From Candidatus Binatia bacterium (lineage in GTDB: Bacteria; Desulfobacterota; Binatia; UBA9968; JAJDTQ01), in contig OY762897.2 in NCBI GenBank assembly GCA_963666515.2, positions 2,432,001 to 2,496,000 on the forward strand: 64,000 bases of DNA, written 5' to 3'. Both the position numbers and the translations under genes were made by a program. Positions 46,992 to 56,085 of the stretch are shown piece after piece. Position 1 is the first letter of the stretch. Every line of letters begins with the position of its first letter. The notes under the pieces are model-generated. The model was given only the letters and a program-made list of their open reading frames with translations, searched no databases and was not told where the DNA came from.

Positions 46992-47651
46992 TCACTCGCC
47001 CGTCTGTTCCGCGGACGCCGCGGCCTGTTCGTCGGCCCCCTCCGCCGCCTCCGCCGCGGCTTCGCCTTCGGCCTCCTCCTCGGCCAGGGTGGAGACCGTG
47101 GGCGCCAGCACCGACACCAGGGCCAAGTCCGGAGTGTTGTTGGTCACATCGGGCGGCAGGGTGATGTCGCCGGCCTTGAGCCCGTGACCGATCTCCAGTG
47201 AAGAAACGTCCACCTCGATCTGCGCCGGGATGTCCATGGGCAGGCACTCGACCTCCAGTTCCCGCGCGATGGGCTGCAACACCCCTCCATGAATGACCCC
47301 TTCGGCCCGCCCCACGAAATGAAGTCCCACCATCACGGTGATCTTCCGCGTCACGTCCACCTCGTAGAAGTCGATGTGGGCGACGGCGTGGGTCACCGGG
47401 TGATACTGCACGTCCTTGACCAGGACGAGCCTGCCGTCGAGATTCTCGGCGGAGGACTTGAACCGGAGCACGTGAGAGCCCTCCAGCCTGCCGACGCGGG
47501 TCCTCAGTTCCCTGCCGTCCACCTGCATGGCGACGCCGTCGGTCCCCCGGCCGTAGACGACCCCCGGAAGCTTTCCGTTGCGCCGCAGGCGCCCGGCGTC
47601 GCGCTTGTTGCCGACCTCTCTCGTCTCTACCGAAACTTCTACCGTTTCCAA
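46992..47651 (-). CDS. rplY: 50S ribosomal protein L25 / Ctc
   Basis: RLRRNGKLPGVVYG, VKDVQYHPV, HIDFYEV, GGVLQ; SD GGAGG before the TTG start. Confidence 0.96.
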   Translation of the reverse strand: METVEVSVETREVGNKRDAGRLRRNGKLPGVVYGRGTDGVAMQVDGRELRTRVGRLEGSHVLRFKSSAENLDGRLVLVKDVQYHPVTHAVAHIDFYEVDVTRKITVMVGLHFVGRAEGVIHGGVLQPIARELEVECLPMDIPAQIEVDVSSLEIGHGLKAGDITLPPDVTNNTPDLALVSVLAPTVSTLAEEEAEGEAAAEAAEGADEQAAASAEQTGE

Positions 47652-47688
47652 ACCTGAACCTCCTGCCGAAATGCTGTGGATGCGTCGT

Positions 47689-48639
47689 TCAGAAAAGCGA
47701 GCTGATGGACCTTTCCAGGTGGGTCCTGCGGATGGCTTCGCCGATCAGCGGCGCCACCGACAGCGGCTTGATCTTCGCGCACCGGGTCATCTTCTCGTCC
47801 ACCGGGATGGTGTCGGTCACCACCATCTCCTCCATCGGCGAGTCATTGATCCTGTCCAGCGCCTTGCCGGAAAAGACGGCGTGGGTGCAGCAGCCGATGA
47901 CCTTCCTGGCGCCGGCCCGGATCAACGCTTCGGCCGCCATGGCGATGGTGCCGGCGGTGTCCACCATGTCGTCGATGAGGATCGCGCTCCTGCCTTCCAC
48001 CTCGCCGATGATGTTCATCTCCTCCACCACGTTGGCATCGGCCCGGCGCTTGTCGATGACCGCCATCGCCACGTTCAGCCTGGTGGCGAAGGCCCGCGCC
48101 CGCTGGGCGCCGCCCGCGTCCGGCGACACGACGATCGACCTTTCCCCGGCGAAGCGCCGTTCCAGGTACTGGAGCAGCACGGGGGAGGCGTAGAGGTTGT
48201 CCACCGGTATGTTGAAGAACCCCTGGATCTGCCCCGAATGGAGGTCCATGGTGAGCATGCGCGAGGCGCCCGCGGTGGTGATGAGGTCCGCCACCAGCTT
48301 GGCGCTGATGGGCACCCTGGGAGCCACCTTGCGGTCCTGCCGCGCGTAGCCGTAGTAGGGGATCACCGCGGTGACCCGCTTGGCCGAAGCGCGCCTGAAC
48401 GCGTCCAGCATGATGAGCAGCTCCATCAGGTTGTCGTTGCCCGGGGCGCAGGTGGACTGGATCACGAAGACGTCGCAGCCGCGCACGTTCTCCTTGATCT
48501 CCACCCGGATCTCGCCGTCGCTGAAGGTCTCCACCAGCGCCTCGCCCATCGGGATCTCCAGGCCGCGGCAGATGTCGTGCGCCAGCGCGGGAGTGGAATT
48601 GCCCGCAAAGATTCTCATTTCATCGTGCAACGATCCCAT
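47689..48639 (-). CDS. prs: ribose-phosphate pyrophosphokinase
   Basis: FSDGE, PYYGYARQDRK, DLHSGQIQGFF, VSPDAGG, DDMVDTAGT. Confidence 0.98.
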   Translation of the reverse strand: MGSLHDEMRIFAGNSTPALAHDICRGLEIPMGEALVETFSDGEIRVEIKENVRGCDVFVIQSTCAPGNDNLMELLIMLDAFRRASAKRVTAVIPYYGYARQDRKVAPRVPISAKLVADLITTAGASRMLTMDLHSGQIQGFFNIPVDNLYASPVLLQYLERRFAGERSIVVSPDAGGAQRARAFATRLNVAMAVIDKRRADANVVEEMNIIGEVEGRSAILIDDMVDTAGTIAMAAEALIRAGARKVIGCCTHAVFSGKALDRINDSPMEEMVVTDTIPVDEKMTRCAKIKPLSVAPLIGEAIRRTHLERSISSLF

Positions 48640-48711
48640 GTCCTACCTGCGCTGCTGTGGAGAGAACGCCGGTGTTCGTAACGGCTCACCGGCCCATCGA
48701 AGGAGAGAGCT

Positions 48712-48786
48712 TGGCTGGGCGGGAAGGATTCGAACCTTCGAATACCGGATCCAAAATCCGGGGCCTTACCACTTGGCGACCGCCCA
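48712..48786 (-). tRNA. tRNA-Gln (TTG)
   Basis: TGGGCGGTCGCCAAGTGGTAAGGCCCCGGATTTTGGATCCGGTATTCGAAGGTTCGAATCCTTCCCGCCCAGCCA: cloverleaf, TTG anticodon, encoded CCA. Confidence 0.96.
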
Positions 48787-48826
48787 TCCCGTCCCGTCGG
48801 CGTCCGAGTGTCCGGCCCGGGAAGGA

Positions 48827-49111
48827 CTATTCGCCGTCCCGGTCCTGGCCTGCATCGCCCGCTGTAACGTCCCTGTATGCCGCGATAATCCTTTCTTCGA
48901 GCATTCTGCGGGTCTCGCTGTTGAGGGGGTGCGCCACGTCCTTGTAGGTTCCGTCCCGGCGTTTCTTGCTGGGCATGGAAACGAACAGCCCCGAGGTGCC
49001 GCGAATGACTTTGAGGTCCCGGACCACGAAACAGTCGTCCAGGGTGATGGTCACATAAGCCTTGAGCTTATCCTCCTCGACGGGAAAGACCTTGACTTCC
49101 GTGACCTCCAC
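48827..49111 (-). CDS. spoVG: septation regulator SpoVG
   Basis: LKAYVTITLDDCFVVRDLKVI.G..GLFVSMPSKK..DG.YKDVAHPLN. Confidence 0.95.
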   Translation of the reverse strand: MEVTEVKVFPVEEDKLKAYVTITLDDCFVVRDLKVIRGTSGLFVSMPSKKRRDGTYKDVAHPLNSETRRMLEERIIAAYRDVTAGDAGQDRDGE

Positions 49112-49149
49112 AGGGACCTCCTTTCCGTCCGGGGACGGATGGCCTGCCC

Positions 49150-49998
49150 TTATGTCAGCGAAAAAGCCAGAAAGGCGCGAACGTCTTTTTCGCCCTCGAA
49201 GCCCGCGAATGCCCTTTTTGCACCTGCCTCGTCAGCGAAGAGCCCGAAAACCGAAGAGCCGCTTCCGGTCATGAGACTGCCGATCGCCCCGCTCTCGTCC
49301 AAGCGTTCCTTGAGGCGGGCGATGCGCGGATAGCGGCCGATGGTTACCGTTTCAAGGTCATTGACCATGGCCTGAGCCACTGCGTCAGGCGTGTCCAATT
49401 TTCCGAACAAGTTATTATTGTTGGACCGTTTTGTCAACTTGAACCGGAAGTTGCGGTAGACCCAGGCCGTGGAAACCGGGAAGCCGGGAAACAGCACCAC
49501 CATCCAGAGCCGCGGCAGCGCGCCCGCGGGGCTCAACTCCTCGCCGATTCCCCGCGCCCGCGCAGCCTGGCCGCGGATGAAGAACGGCACGTCCGCCCCC
49601 ACCGACAGCGCCAGCGCCTCCAGGTCGCCGGCGGACAGGCCCGCTCCGAGCAGGTCGTTCATCCCCCGCAGAACGGCCGCGGCGTCGGTGCTGCCGCCGC
49701 CGAGCCCCGCGCCCATGGGGATGCGCTTGCGGATGTGGACGGCCAAGGGATCGCGATGACCGGTGCGTTTCCGGAACGCACGAACTGCGCGGTGGACGGT
49801 GTTCTCTTCCCCCAGGGGCAATTCGGGATCGTCCGCCCGCAAGGTCAATGACTCGGGGTCTCCGTCGATCCGGGAGATATCCACGTCATCTCCCAGGCTG
49901 ATGGGAGCCATCAGGGTGTCCAGCAGGTGGTAGCCGTCGTCCCGCCGGCCCGTGACCCGGAGGTAGAGATTCACCTTGGCGGGGGCGAACAGCTTCAT
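49150..49998 (-). CDS. ispE: 4-(cytidine 5'-diphospho)-2-C-methyl-D-erythritol kinase
   Basis: APAKVNLYL, KRIPMGAGLGGGSTDAA, GADVPFF, MTGSGS. Confidence 0.97.
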   Translation of the reverse strand: MKLFAPAKVNLYLRVTGRRDDGYHLLDTLMAPISLGDDVDISRIDGDPESLTLRADDPELPLGEENTVHRAVRAFRKRTGHRDPLAVHIRKRIPMGAGLGGGSTDAAAVLRGMNDLLGAGLSAGDLEALALSVGADVPFFIRGQAARARGIGEELSPAGALPRLWMVVLFPGFPVSTAWVYRNFRFKLTKRSNNNNLFGKLDTPDAVAQAMVNDLETVTIGRYPRIARLKERLDESGAIGSLMTGSGSSVFGLFADEAGAKRAFAGFEGEKDVRAFLAFSLT

Positions 49999-50002
49999 GC
50001 CC

Positions 50003-51091
50003 TCAGGGCTTGATCAACGCCTTGGTGGGGAACATCTCGGGCACTTCGCCGCCGACCGCGCGGACGCACTGTTCGGTCTCGTCCAGCGAGAACACGTGGC
50101 TCACCATCTGCTCCACCGGAAAGCCGGTGGTCTCCATCAGCCGCAGGGTGGCGTCGATGGCGTCGTTGTCGCCGGTATAGGCTCCCTGGACGCAGATCTC
50201 GCCCCAGACGAGCTTGTCCATGAGCATGGGGGTCACGGTCTTGTCGCCCGTCAGCCCGCCGAGCACGAGCTTGCCTTGCCGCCGGAGACAGTCCACCGAG
50301 GTGACGATGGCCGCGGGGTTGCCGGAGACGTCGACGGCGACGTCGCACATGGCGCCGCCGGTCTCTTCCCGGATCACCTCCGCCACGTTCTCCTCCTCCA
50401 CGTTGATGGTTCGGTGCGCCCCGAACCGTTCGGCCACCTCCAGCCGGCTCTTGTCGCGGCCGATGCCGGTGACGAAGATGCGCGCGGCCCCGGCGTGGCT
50501 CGACGCGAAGGTGCAGGCGAGCCCCTGCTGGCCGGGTCCCTGGATCAGCACGTAGTCGCCCATCTTGACGCCGCCGTGCCGCAGCGCCCACTGGAAGCCG
50601 TTGGCCATCACCGCCCCCACCAGGGCCGCGGCCTCCGGCGGCAGGTCATCGCTGATGCGGGTCAGCAACGCCGTGGGCGTGATGTAGAGGTACTCGGCGA
50701 AGCCGCCGAACAGGTGCGGCGGGTCGGCGGACGACATCCGGGAGCCGTAGGCCGCGCGCTGCTTGCAGAACCGGTCCCCGCCGCGGCGGCAGTCCGCGCA
50801 ACGGCCGCACCCGATGGAGCCCTTGATGATCACCCGGTCGCCTTCCTTGACGCCGTGTATCTCCGCCGCCCGGTCGCCGAGCTTCTCTACCCGGCCGAGT
50901 ATCTCGTGGCCCAGGATGATGGGCATGGGCAGGTTGAGCTTGCCGGTGTAGTACTTGTAGTCCGTGCCGCACACCCCACCCATCTCCACCTTCAGGAGCC
51001 CGCCGTCGGGCGGGATGTCCGGCACAGGGTACTCCCGGACCTCGATCCTGGCCGGACCCACCAGGGTCGCCGCTCTGCAGGTTTCGCTCAT
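50003..51091 (-). CDS. zinc-binding dehydrogenase (MDR), paralog B
   Basis: VCGTD, LGHE, CGRCADC..FC, QGPGQQG; start ATG 51091. Confidence 0.92.
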   Translation of the reverse strand: MSETCRAATLVGPARIEVREYPVPDIPPDGGLLKVEMGGVCGTDYKYYTGKLNLPMPIILGHEILGRVEKLGDRAAEIHGVKEGDRVIIKGSIGCGRCADCRRGGDRFCKQRAAYGSRMSSADPPHLFGGFAEYLYITPTALLTRISDDLPPEAAALVGAVMANGFQWALRHGGVKMGDYVLIQGPGQQGLACTFASSHAGAARIFVTGIGRDKSRLEVAERFGAHRTINVEEENVAEVIREETGGAMCDVAVDVSGNPAAIVTSVDCLRRQGKLVLGGLTGDKTVTPMLMDKLVWGEICVQGAYTGDNDAIDATLRLMETTGFPVEQMVSHVFSLDETEQCVRAVGGEVPEMFPTKALIKP

Positions 51092-52176
51092 GGCCGGATC
51101 AGCGCCTTGGTCGGGAACATCTCGGGGATTTCGCCGCCCACGGCCTGGATGCACTTCTCGGTGTCCTCCAGCGGGAACACGTGGCTCACCATCTCCTCCA
51201 CCGGGAACCTGGTGGCTTCCATGAGGCGCAGGGTCGCGTCCACCGCGTCGTTGTCGCCGGTGAAGCAGCCCTGGAGCTTGATCTCGCCCCACACCAGCTT
51301 GTCCATGTGGACCTCGGTGATAGTCTTGTCGCCGGTGAGCCCGGCCAGCACCATGGTGCCCTGGCGGCGCAGGCAGTCGATGGAGGCCAGGATCGCCTTG
51401 GGGCTGCCCGACACGTCCACCACCACGTCCGCCATGGCGCCATCCGTCTCTTCCCGGACGACGTCCACCACGTTCTCCTCCTCCACGTTGATGATGCGGT
51501 CGGCGCCCCACTTCTTCGCCAGCTCCATGCGGGGCGCGTCCCGGCCGATGCCCGACACGAAGATCTTGGCCGCGCCTGCGTGCTTCGAGGCCCAGGTGCA
51601 CGCCAGCCCCTGCTGTCCGGGCCCCTGGATCAGCACGAAGTCGCCCATCTTGACGCCGCCGCGCCGGAGCGCCCACTGGAAGCCGTTGGCCATGACCGAG
51701 CCGATGAGGGCCGCCGCCTCCGCCGAGAGGTCCTCACTGATCTTGGTCATCAGCACGTCGGGCGCCAAGTAGAGGTAGTCGGCGAAGCCGCCGAACAGGT
51801 GCGGCGGATTGGCGCTGGTGGTGCGGCCGCCGTAGTTGGTGCGGTTCCGGCAGAAGCGCTGGGCGTTGCGCCGGCAGTCGGAGCAGCGGCCGCAGCCGAT
51901 GGCGCCCTTCATGATGACGCGGTCGCCTTCCTTGACGCCGTGGATCTTCTCGGCCTTGGAGCCGAGCTTGTGCACCCGGCCCAGGATCTCGTGGCCCAGG
52001 ATGATGGGCAACGGCAGGTTGATGCGGCCATGATAGTACTTCACGTCCGAGCCGCAGACGCCGCCCATCTCGACCTTGAGCAGTCCGCCGTCGTCGGGAA
52101 TGTCCGGTATGGGGTATTCCCGGATCTCGATCTTGTCCGGAGCAAGCAACGTTGCCGCCCTGCTGGTCTCTGCCAT
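51088..52176 (-). CDS. zinc-binding dehydrogenase (MDR), paralog A
   Basis: VCGSD, LGHE, CGRCSDC..FC, QGPGQQG; RBS AAGGAGG. Confidence 0.92.
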   Translation of the reverse strand: MAETSRAATLLAPDKIEIREYPIPDIPDDGGLLKVEMGGVCGSDVKYYHGRINLPLPIILGHEILGRVHKLGSKAEKIHGVKEGDRVIMKGAIGCGRCSDCRRNAQRFCRNRTNYGGRTTSANPPHLFGGFADYLYLAPDVLMTKISEDLSAEAAALIGSVMANGFQWALRRGGVKMGDFVLIQGPGQQGLACTWASKHAGAAKIFVSGIGRDAPRMELAKKWGADRIINVEEENVVDVVREETDGAMADVVVDVSGSPKAILASIDCLRRQGTMVLAGLTGDKTITEVHMDKLVWGEIKLQGCFTGDNDAVDATLRLMEATRFPVEEMVSHVFPLEDTEKCIQAVGGEIPEMFPTKALIRP

Positions 52177-52196
52177 CGTGTACCTCCTTGACGGGC

Positions 52197-52224
52197 CGTC
52201 ACCCCGGACTTGATCCGGGGTCCA
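52197..52224. repeat. REP-like element family B
   Basis: CGTCACCCCGGACTTGATCCGGGGTCCA, identical to 16421-16448. Confidence 0.8.
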
Positions 52225-52257
52225 GGGGCGTGGGGCCGGTGTGGCGCCCCCGCCGTG

Positions 52258-53613
52258 TTATCCGATGTAATCCTCCACACGGATCCGTTCGCGAACCGCG
52301 TCGGGCACGGCAAGCCGCTTGGGAAAGTCCTTCCGTTTCTTGGTGGCGTCGATGACCATCTTGGCGGTCATGCCCCCCTGGCCGCTGGACGGGTCGGTCT
52401 CCGAACCCTGGCAACGGGGAATGATCAGCGTGTCGGTGTCCGCCTGCACGCGGTTGGCCACCGCCCACATGACATCGCGCTCGTTGTAGACGTCCACGTC
52501 CCCATCCACCACGATCACCAGCTTGAGATAGAGGTCCGTGGCCATGGCCGCCATGACCGCGTTGCGGACCTCGCCGTCGCTACGCTTGTCCAGGGAGATG
52601 TAGCAGTGGAACCGGCAGTTTCCCGACGGCGGCATGTGCACGGCCCGGGTGCCGCCGGCCACCGCCTTCACCGCCCGGAAGATCGCGGCCTCCCGCGGAA
52701 TGGAGCCCATGAGGCGCTGCTCCGAGTGGCCGGTGAAGATGTCCTGGTAGAGCGGCGTTTTGCGCATGGTGATGCCGGTGATCTCGGCCACGTGGTTCCT
52801 GCGCACGCCCACGGCGTGCCCGGTGAACTCGCCGAAGGGCCCCTCCTCCTCGCGCACATTCGGCAGGATGCGTCCCTCCAGGATCATCTCCGCGTGCGCC
52901 GGCACCTCCAGCGGCACGGTCTCGCACTTCACCAGCGGCACCGGCTGCTGCATCATGCCGCCGATGACGTCGTACTCGTCCACGTCGAAGGGCGCCAGCG
53001 ACAGGGCGCCGATGGCGAAGGCGGGGTGGACTCCGACGATGAAGGCGATGTCCAGGGGCTCGCCCCGCTCCTCGGCGTTGCGCGCGCAGCGCATGAGGTG
53101 CATCCCGGGGGCGAGATGCATCCGCAGCCGGTTCCGCTCCACCATCATGGCGCGGTTGAAGCTTAGGTTGCGCACGCCGCTCACCGGGTCCCTGGCCACC
53201 ACGATGCCCGCGGTCACGTACGGCGCCGTGCTGATGTCGAAGTGGGTCAGCAAGGGGATCTCGCCCAGGTCCACGTCCGCGCCGGTCCGCACCACCTCTT
53301 TCACCGGACCGTCGCCGATCAGCTCCGGCGCGATGGGGCTGCCTTCCCGGCTGCGGTACTCCTCCACCAGGTCGGCGCCGTCCACGTCCAGCGCCATGGC
53401 CAGGCGCTTGCGGGTGGCGTGGAGGTTGGTAATCACGGGCATGGAGAAGCCCTGGACCTCGTGCACGAACAGGGTGGGGAAGCGGCCGGAGGATTCCAGC
53501 TCCATGAGCAGGCCGGTCACGTCGTGCTCGGGCCGCACCGGCTTGCGGATGTGCAGCAACTCCTCCGGGCCTTCGTTCTCCAGCCGGCCCATGAACGACC
53601 GCAGGTCTTTCAT
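52258..53613 (-). CDS. UbiD family prFMN-dependent decarboxylase
   Basis: MKDLRSF, RNLSFNR, VPAHAEMILEG, EEGPFGEFTG, VDGDVDV, KMVIDAT. Confidence 0.93.
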   Translation of the reverse strand: MKDLRSFMGRLENEGPEELLHIRKPVRPEHDVTGLLMELESSGRFPTLFVHEVQGFSMPVITNLHATRKRLAMALDVDGADLVEEYRSREGSPIAPELIGDGPVKEVVRTGADVDLGEIPLLTHFDISTAPYVTAGIVVARDPVSGVRNLSFNRAMMVERNRLRMHLAPGMHLMRCARNAEERGEPLDIAFIVGVHPAFAIGALSLAPFDVDEYDVIGGMMQQPVPLVKCETVPLEVPAHAEMILEGRILPNVREEEGPFGEFTGHAVGVRRNHVAEITGITMRKTPLYQDIFTGHSEQRLMGSIPREAAIFRAVKAVAGGTRAVHMPPSGNCRFHCYISLDKRSDGEVRNAVMAAMATDLYLKLVIVVDGDVDVYNERDVMWAVANRVQADTDTLIIPRCQGSETDPSSGQGGMTAKMVIDATKKRKDFPKRLAVPDAVRERIRVEDYIG

Positions 53614-53710
53614 GCGATCTCTCCGTTACCGCGGCGCGCCCGGGCGTATTTGAAACCCGTCCCTGCGGTCTCTTGCACGTTGCCGAGCTTCAATGTTCCA
53701 CGCATCCCGG

Positions 53711-54715
53711 TCAACCCCTGCCGAACAGCCGCTCCGCGTTTCCGCCCAGGATCTTGTCCTTGCCGGCCTGGTCCAGGCGAATCCTGTCGATGATCTCCAG
53801 CGGCCTGGGATCGCCGATGCCGAACGGGCAGTCGCTGCCCAGCAGCACGTGGTCGGCGCCCACCTCCGCTATCAGGAACTCCAGCACGTCGGTCTCGAAC
53901 ACGATGGTGTCGTAGTAGAACCACTTCAGCACGTCCCGGCCCATGAGCGCGGTGTTCTTCTGGATGTCCGGCTGGATCTCCCGGCCCCGGGTCATGCGGC
54001 CGAACTGGTACGGCAGGAAGCCGCCGCCGTGGCAGAGGATGATCTTCAAGTCCGGGAAGCGGTCCAGCACGCCGCCGAAATACAGGCACGCCACTCCGAC
54101 GGTGGTATCCGCCAGCAGGCCCACGATGTGGGTCAGGAAATACTTCCCCAACCGCTCGATGCCCAGCGGATTCAACGGGTGGATGATAAGCGGCACCTTG
54201 AGGCGCTCCGCGGTCTTCCAGAAGGGATCCAGCCCCGGGTCGTCCAGGTTCGCGCCGTCGATGTTGGAGCCGATCATGGCGCCCATGAGACCGCACTCCT
54301 TGACCGCGTACTCCAGCTCCTCCGCGGCCCGGGCGCCGTCCTGCAGCGGCACGGTGGCCGTGCCCCGGAACAGCCCGTCCTCGTCGCCGTCGGCCAGGGC
54401 CTCGCACATGGAGTCGTTGAGCATGCGGCTCCAGTTCACCGCCTGCTCCACCGGCAGCATGTAGCCCACGATGTCCATCCACGCGGACAGGATCTGCCGG
54501 TCCAGGCGGGTCTCCCGCACGGTGTCGATGCGCTTGGGCAGGTCCGTTGCCGGCGCCAGGATGGGCCGGGCCAGCGGCCGCCCCTCGCCCCCCAGGCGCA
54601 GGCGCGGCCCCTGCGGGGTCTCCTCGCCCACCTCCACCCCGAAGGACGTCCCGTCCTTGCGGAGCCGCTCCAGCACGGCCGGGGGTACGTAGTGCGCGTG
54701 ACAGTCGATCTTCAT
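53711..54715 (-). CDS. amidohydrolase_2 family protein (ACMSD-like decarboxylase)
   Basis: IDCHAH, IIHP, CHGGGFLPY, YYDTIV, LGSDCPF. Confidence 0.9.
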   Translation of the reverse strand: MKIDCHAHYVPPAVLERLRKDGTSFGVEVGEETPQGPRLRLGGEGRPLARPILAPATDLPKRIDTVRETRLDRQILSAWMDIVGYMLPVEQAVNWSRMLNDSMCEALADGDEDGLFRGTATVPLQDGARAAEELEYAVKECGLMGAMIGSNIDGANLDDPGLDPFWKTAERLKVPLIIHPLNPLGIERLGKYFLTHIVGLLADTTVGVACLYFGGVLDRFPDLKIILCHGGGFLPYQFGRMTRGREIQPDIQKNTALMGRDVLKWFYYDTIVFETDVLEFLIAEVGADHVLLGSDCPFGIGDPRPLEIIDRIRLDQAGKDKILGGNAERLFGRG

Positions 54716-54761
54716 GGTGCAGCCTCGATGATGCCTGACAGGGTTACGGTCTTTCCCGGCG

Positions 54762-55373
54762 TCAGTCCTTCAGAAAGCTGACCGGCATGGGCATGCTGAG
54801 GATGTTCATGCCCTCGGTCTTCTCCACATGGCGGATGAATCGGTACTTGTTCTCCACCTCGTCCATGGGGTACGGCGGCACCTCGCTGCGGGACGTCTCC
54901 ACCTTGAGCCCGATGAAGGCGGCGTCCCCGCCCGCGAGCGCTTCGGAGAAGACCGTGCGCAGTTCGTCCGGGCTCTTGGCCCACGACGCCCGGCGTATCC
55001 CGGCCGCCCGCGCCATGGCGACGAGGTCCGTCCCCGCGCCCGTTGCGGTGTCGATCTCCCCGGAAGCCTCGTAGACCTCGTTGTCCAGCACCATGTGGGT
55101 CAGGTTGGGCGGGTTCTTGCGCGCGATGGTGGGCAGGCTGCACAGGTTCATCAGCAGCGAGCCGTCCCCGTCGATGGCGATCACCTGCCGGTGCGGCAAC
55201 CCCAGCGCCATGCCCAAAGCGATGGAGGACACCAGGCCCATGGTGCGGACACGGAAGTTGCCGTCGCCCGGCCGGCACGCGTACCACTCGACCGTGTTGC
55301 CGCCGGCGCCGGTCACCACCAGGGCGTCCCCCGCCAGCTCGGCCATGACCTTGAAACATTCGATGCGTTTCAT
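54762..55373 (-). CDS. TPP-dependent decarboxylase beta subunit (sulfopyruvate decarboxylase ComE-like)
   Basis: TMGLVSSIALG, IDGDGSLLMN, VLDNEVY. Confidence 0.85.
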   Translation of the reverse strand: MKRIECFKVMAELAGDALVVTGAGGNTVEWYACRPGDGNFRVRTMGLVSSIALGMALGLPHRQVIAIDGDGSLLMNLCSLPTIARKNPPNLTHMVLDNEVYEASGEIDTATGAGTDLVAMARAAGIRRASWAKSPDELRTVFSEALAGGDAAFIGLKVETSRSEVPPYPMDEVENKYRFIRHVEKTEGMNILSMPMPVSFLKD

Positions 55374-55406
55374 CCGACCGTCCGTTCGCACGTCCACTGC
55401 GGCCCG

Positions 55407-55922
55407 TCATTCCCCCGGACGCCGCCGCCCCAGCACGTCCTTGGTCAGCAGCACCGCCACCGGCCGCTTGTAGTCCTGGGTGAGCACCTGCGTCCTCTTG
55501 ATCAGGCTCTTGGCATCGTCGGGGTCGCGCAGAACGAAGTGACGGATGCCGAGCGCATCCAGCACCGGCTGTGTCATGGCCCCGTTGGTGCTGAAGGAAC
55601 GGTCTCCCACGTCCCCTGCGAAGTAGATGAGCAGCAGCAACGGGAAATTGTATTGCAGCAAGGTGGAGACGATGCCGTTGACGCTGTTGAAGAGCCCGCC
55701 GTTCTGCATGATCATCGCGCACTTCCTGCCGACGAGATAGCCGCCGGTGCAGATGCCGATGCCCTCCTCTTCCCGGCACAGCGGCACGTGGGTGATGTCC
55801 GGCTCCGCAGCCACCCGCTCCAGCAAGGCGTGCAGATTGATGTCGGGAAGGGTCGCGACCAGGTCGACGCCCGCCTCCTTGAGCCCTTCCACGATCATTT
55901 CCGGTCCGGGATGGCCGGCCAT
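55407..55922 (-). CDS. TPP-dependent decarboxylase alpha subunit (sulfopyruvate decarboxylase ComD-like)
   Basis: ATLPD, CREEEGIGICTG, IMQNGG..NSVN. Confidence 0.85.
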   Translation of the reverse strand: MAGHPGPEMIVEGLKEAGVDLVATLPDINLHALLERVAAEPDITHVPLCREEEGIGICTGGYLVGRKCAMIMQNGGLFNSVNGIVSTLLQYNFPLLLLIYFAGDVGDRSFSTNGAMTQPVLDALGIRHFVLRDPDDAKSLIKRTQVLTQDYKRPVAVLLTKDVLGRRRPGE

Positions 55923-56085
55923 GCCATGCTCCTCCCTTCCAATTCGGAAGTCTGAATATCACTTTTTGCACCAGCCGCGTCAACCGGTCCGACCCGCACC
56001 GGACGGGGTTCCGGGCGGCGCGCCGGAGACAGGGCTAAAGTTCCGCCCCGCAGTGCCGAAGTAATAGACAGGGGGACCCTCTGCC

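Noticed and set aside
48712-48786. tRNA-Gln as an integration site
   Set aside because: Sits in its conserved ispE/spoVG-prs context; no duplicated 3' end or integrase seen.
50003-51676. 557-aa ORF-track protein; likewise 7605..9191, 32911..34560 and 34826..37339
   Set aside because: N-terminal extensions are off-frame read-ins across the upstream genes; the real starts are 51091, 8244, 33682 and 35537.
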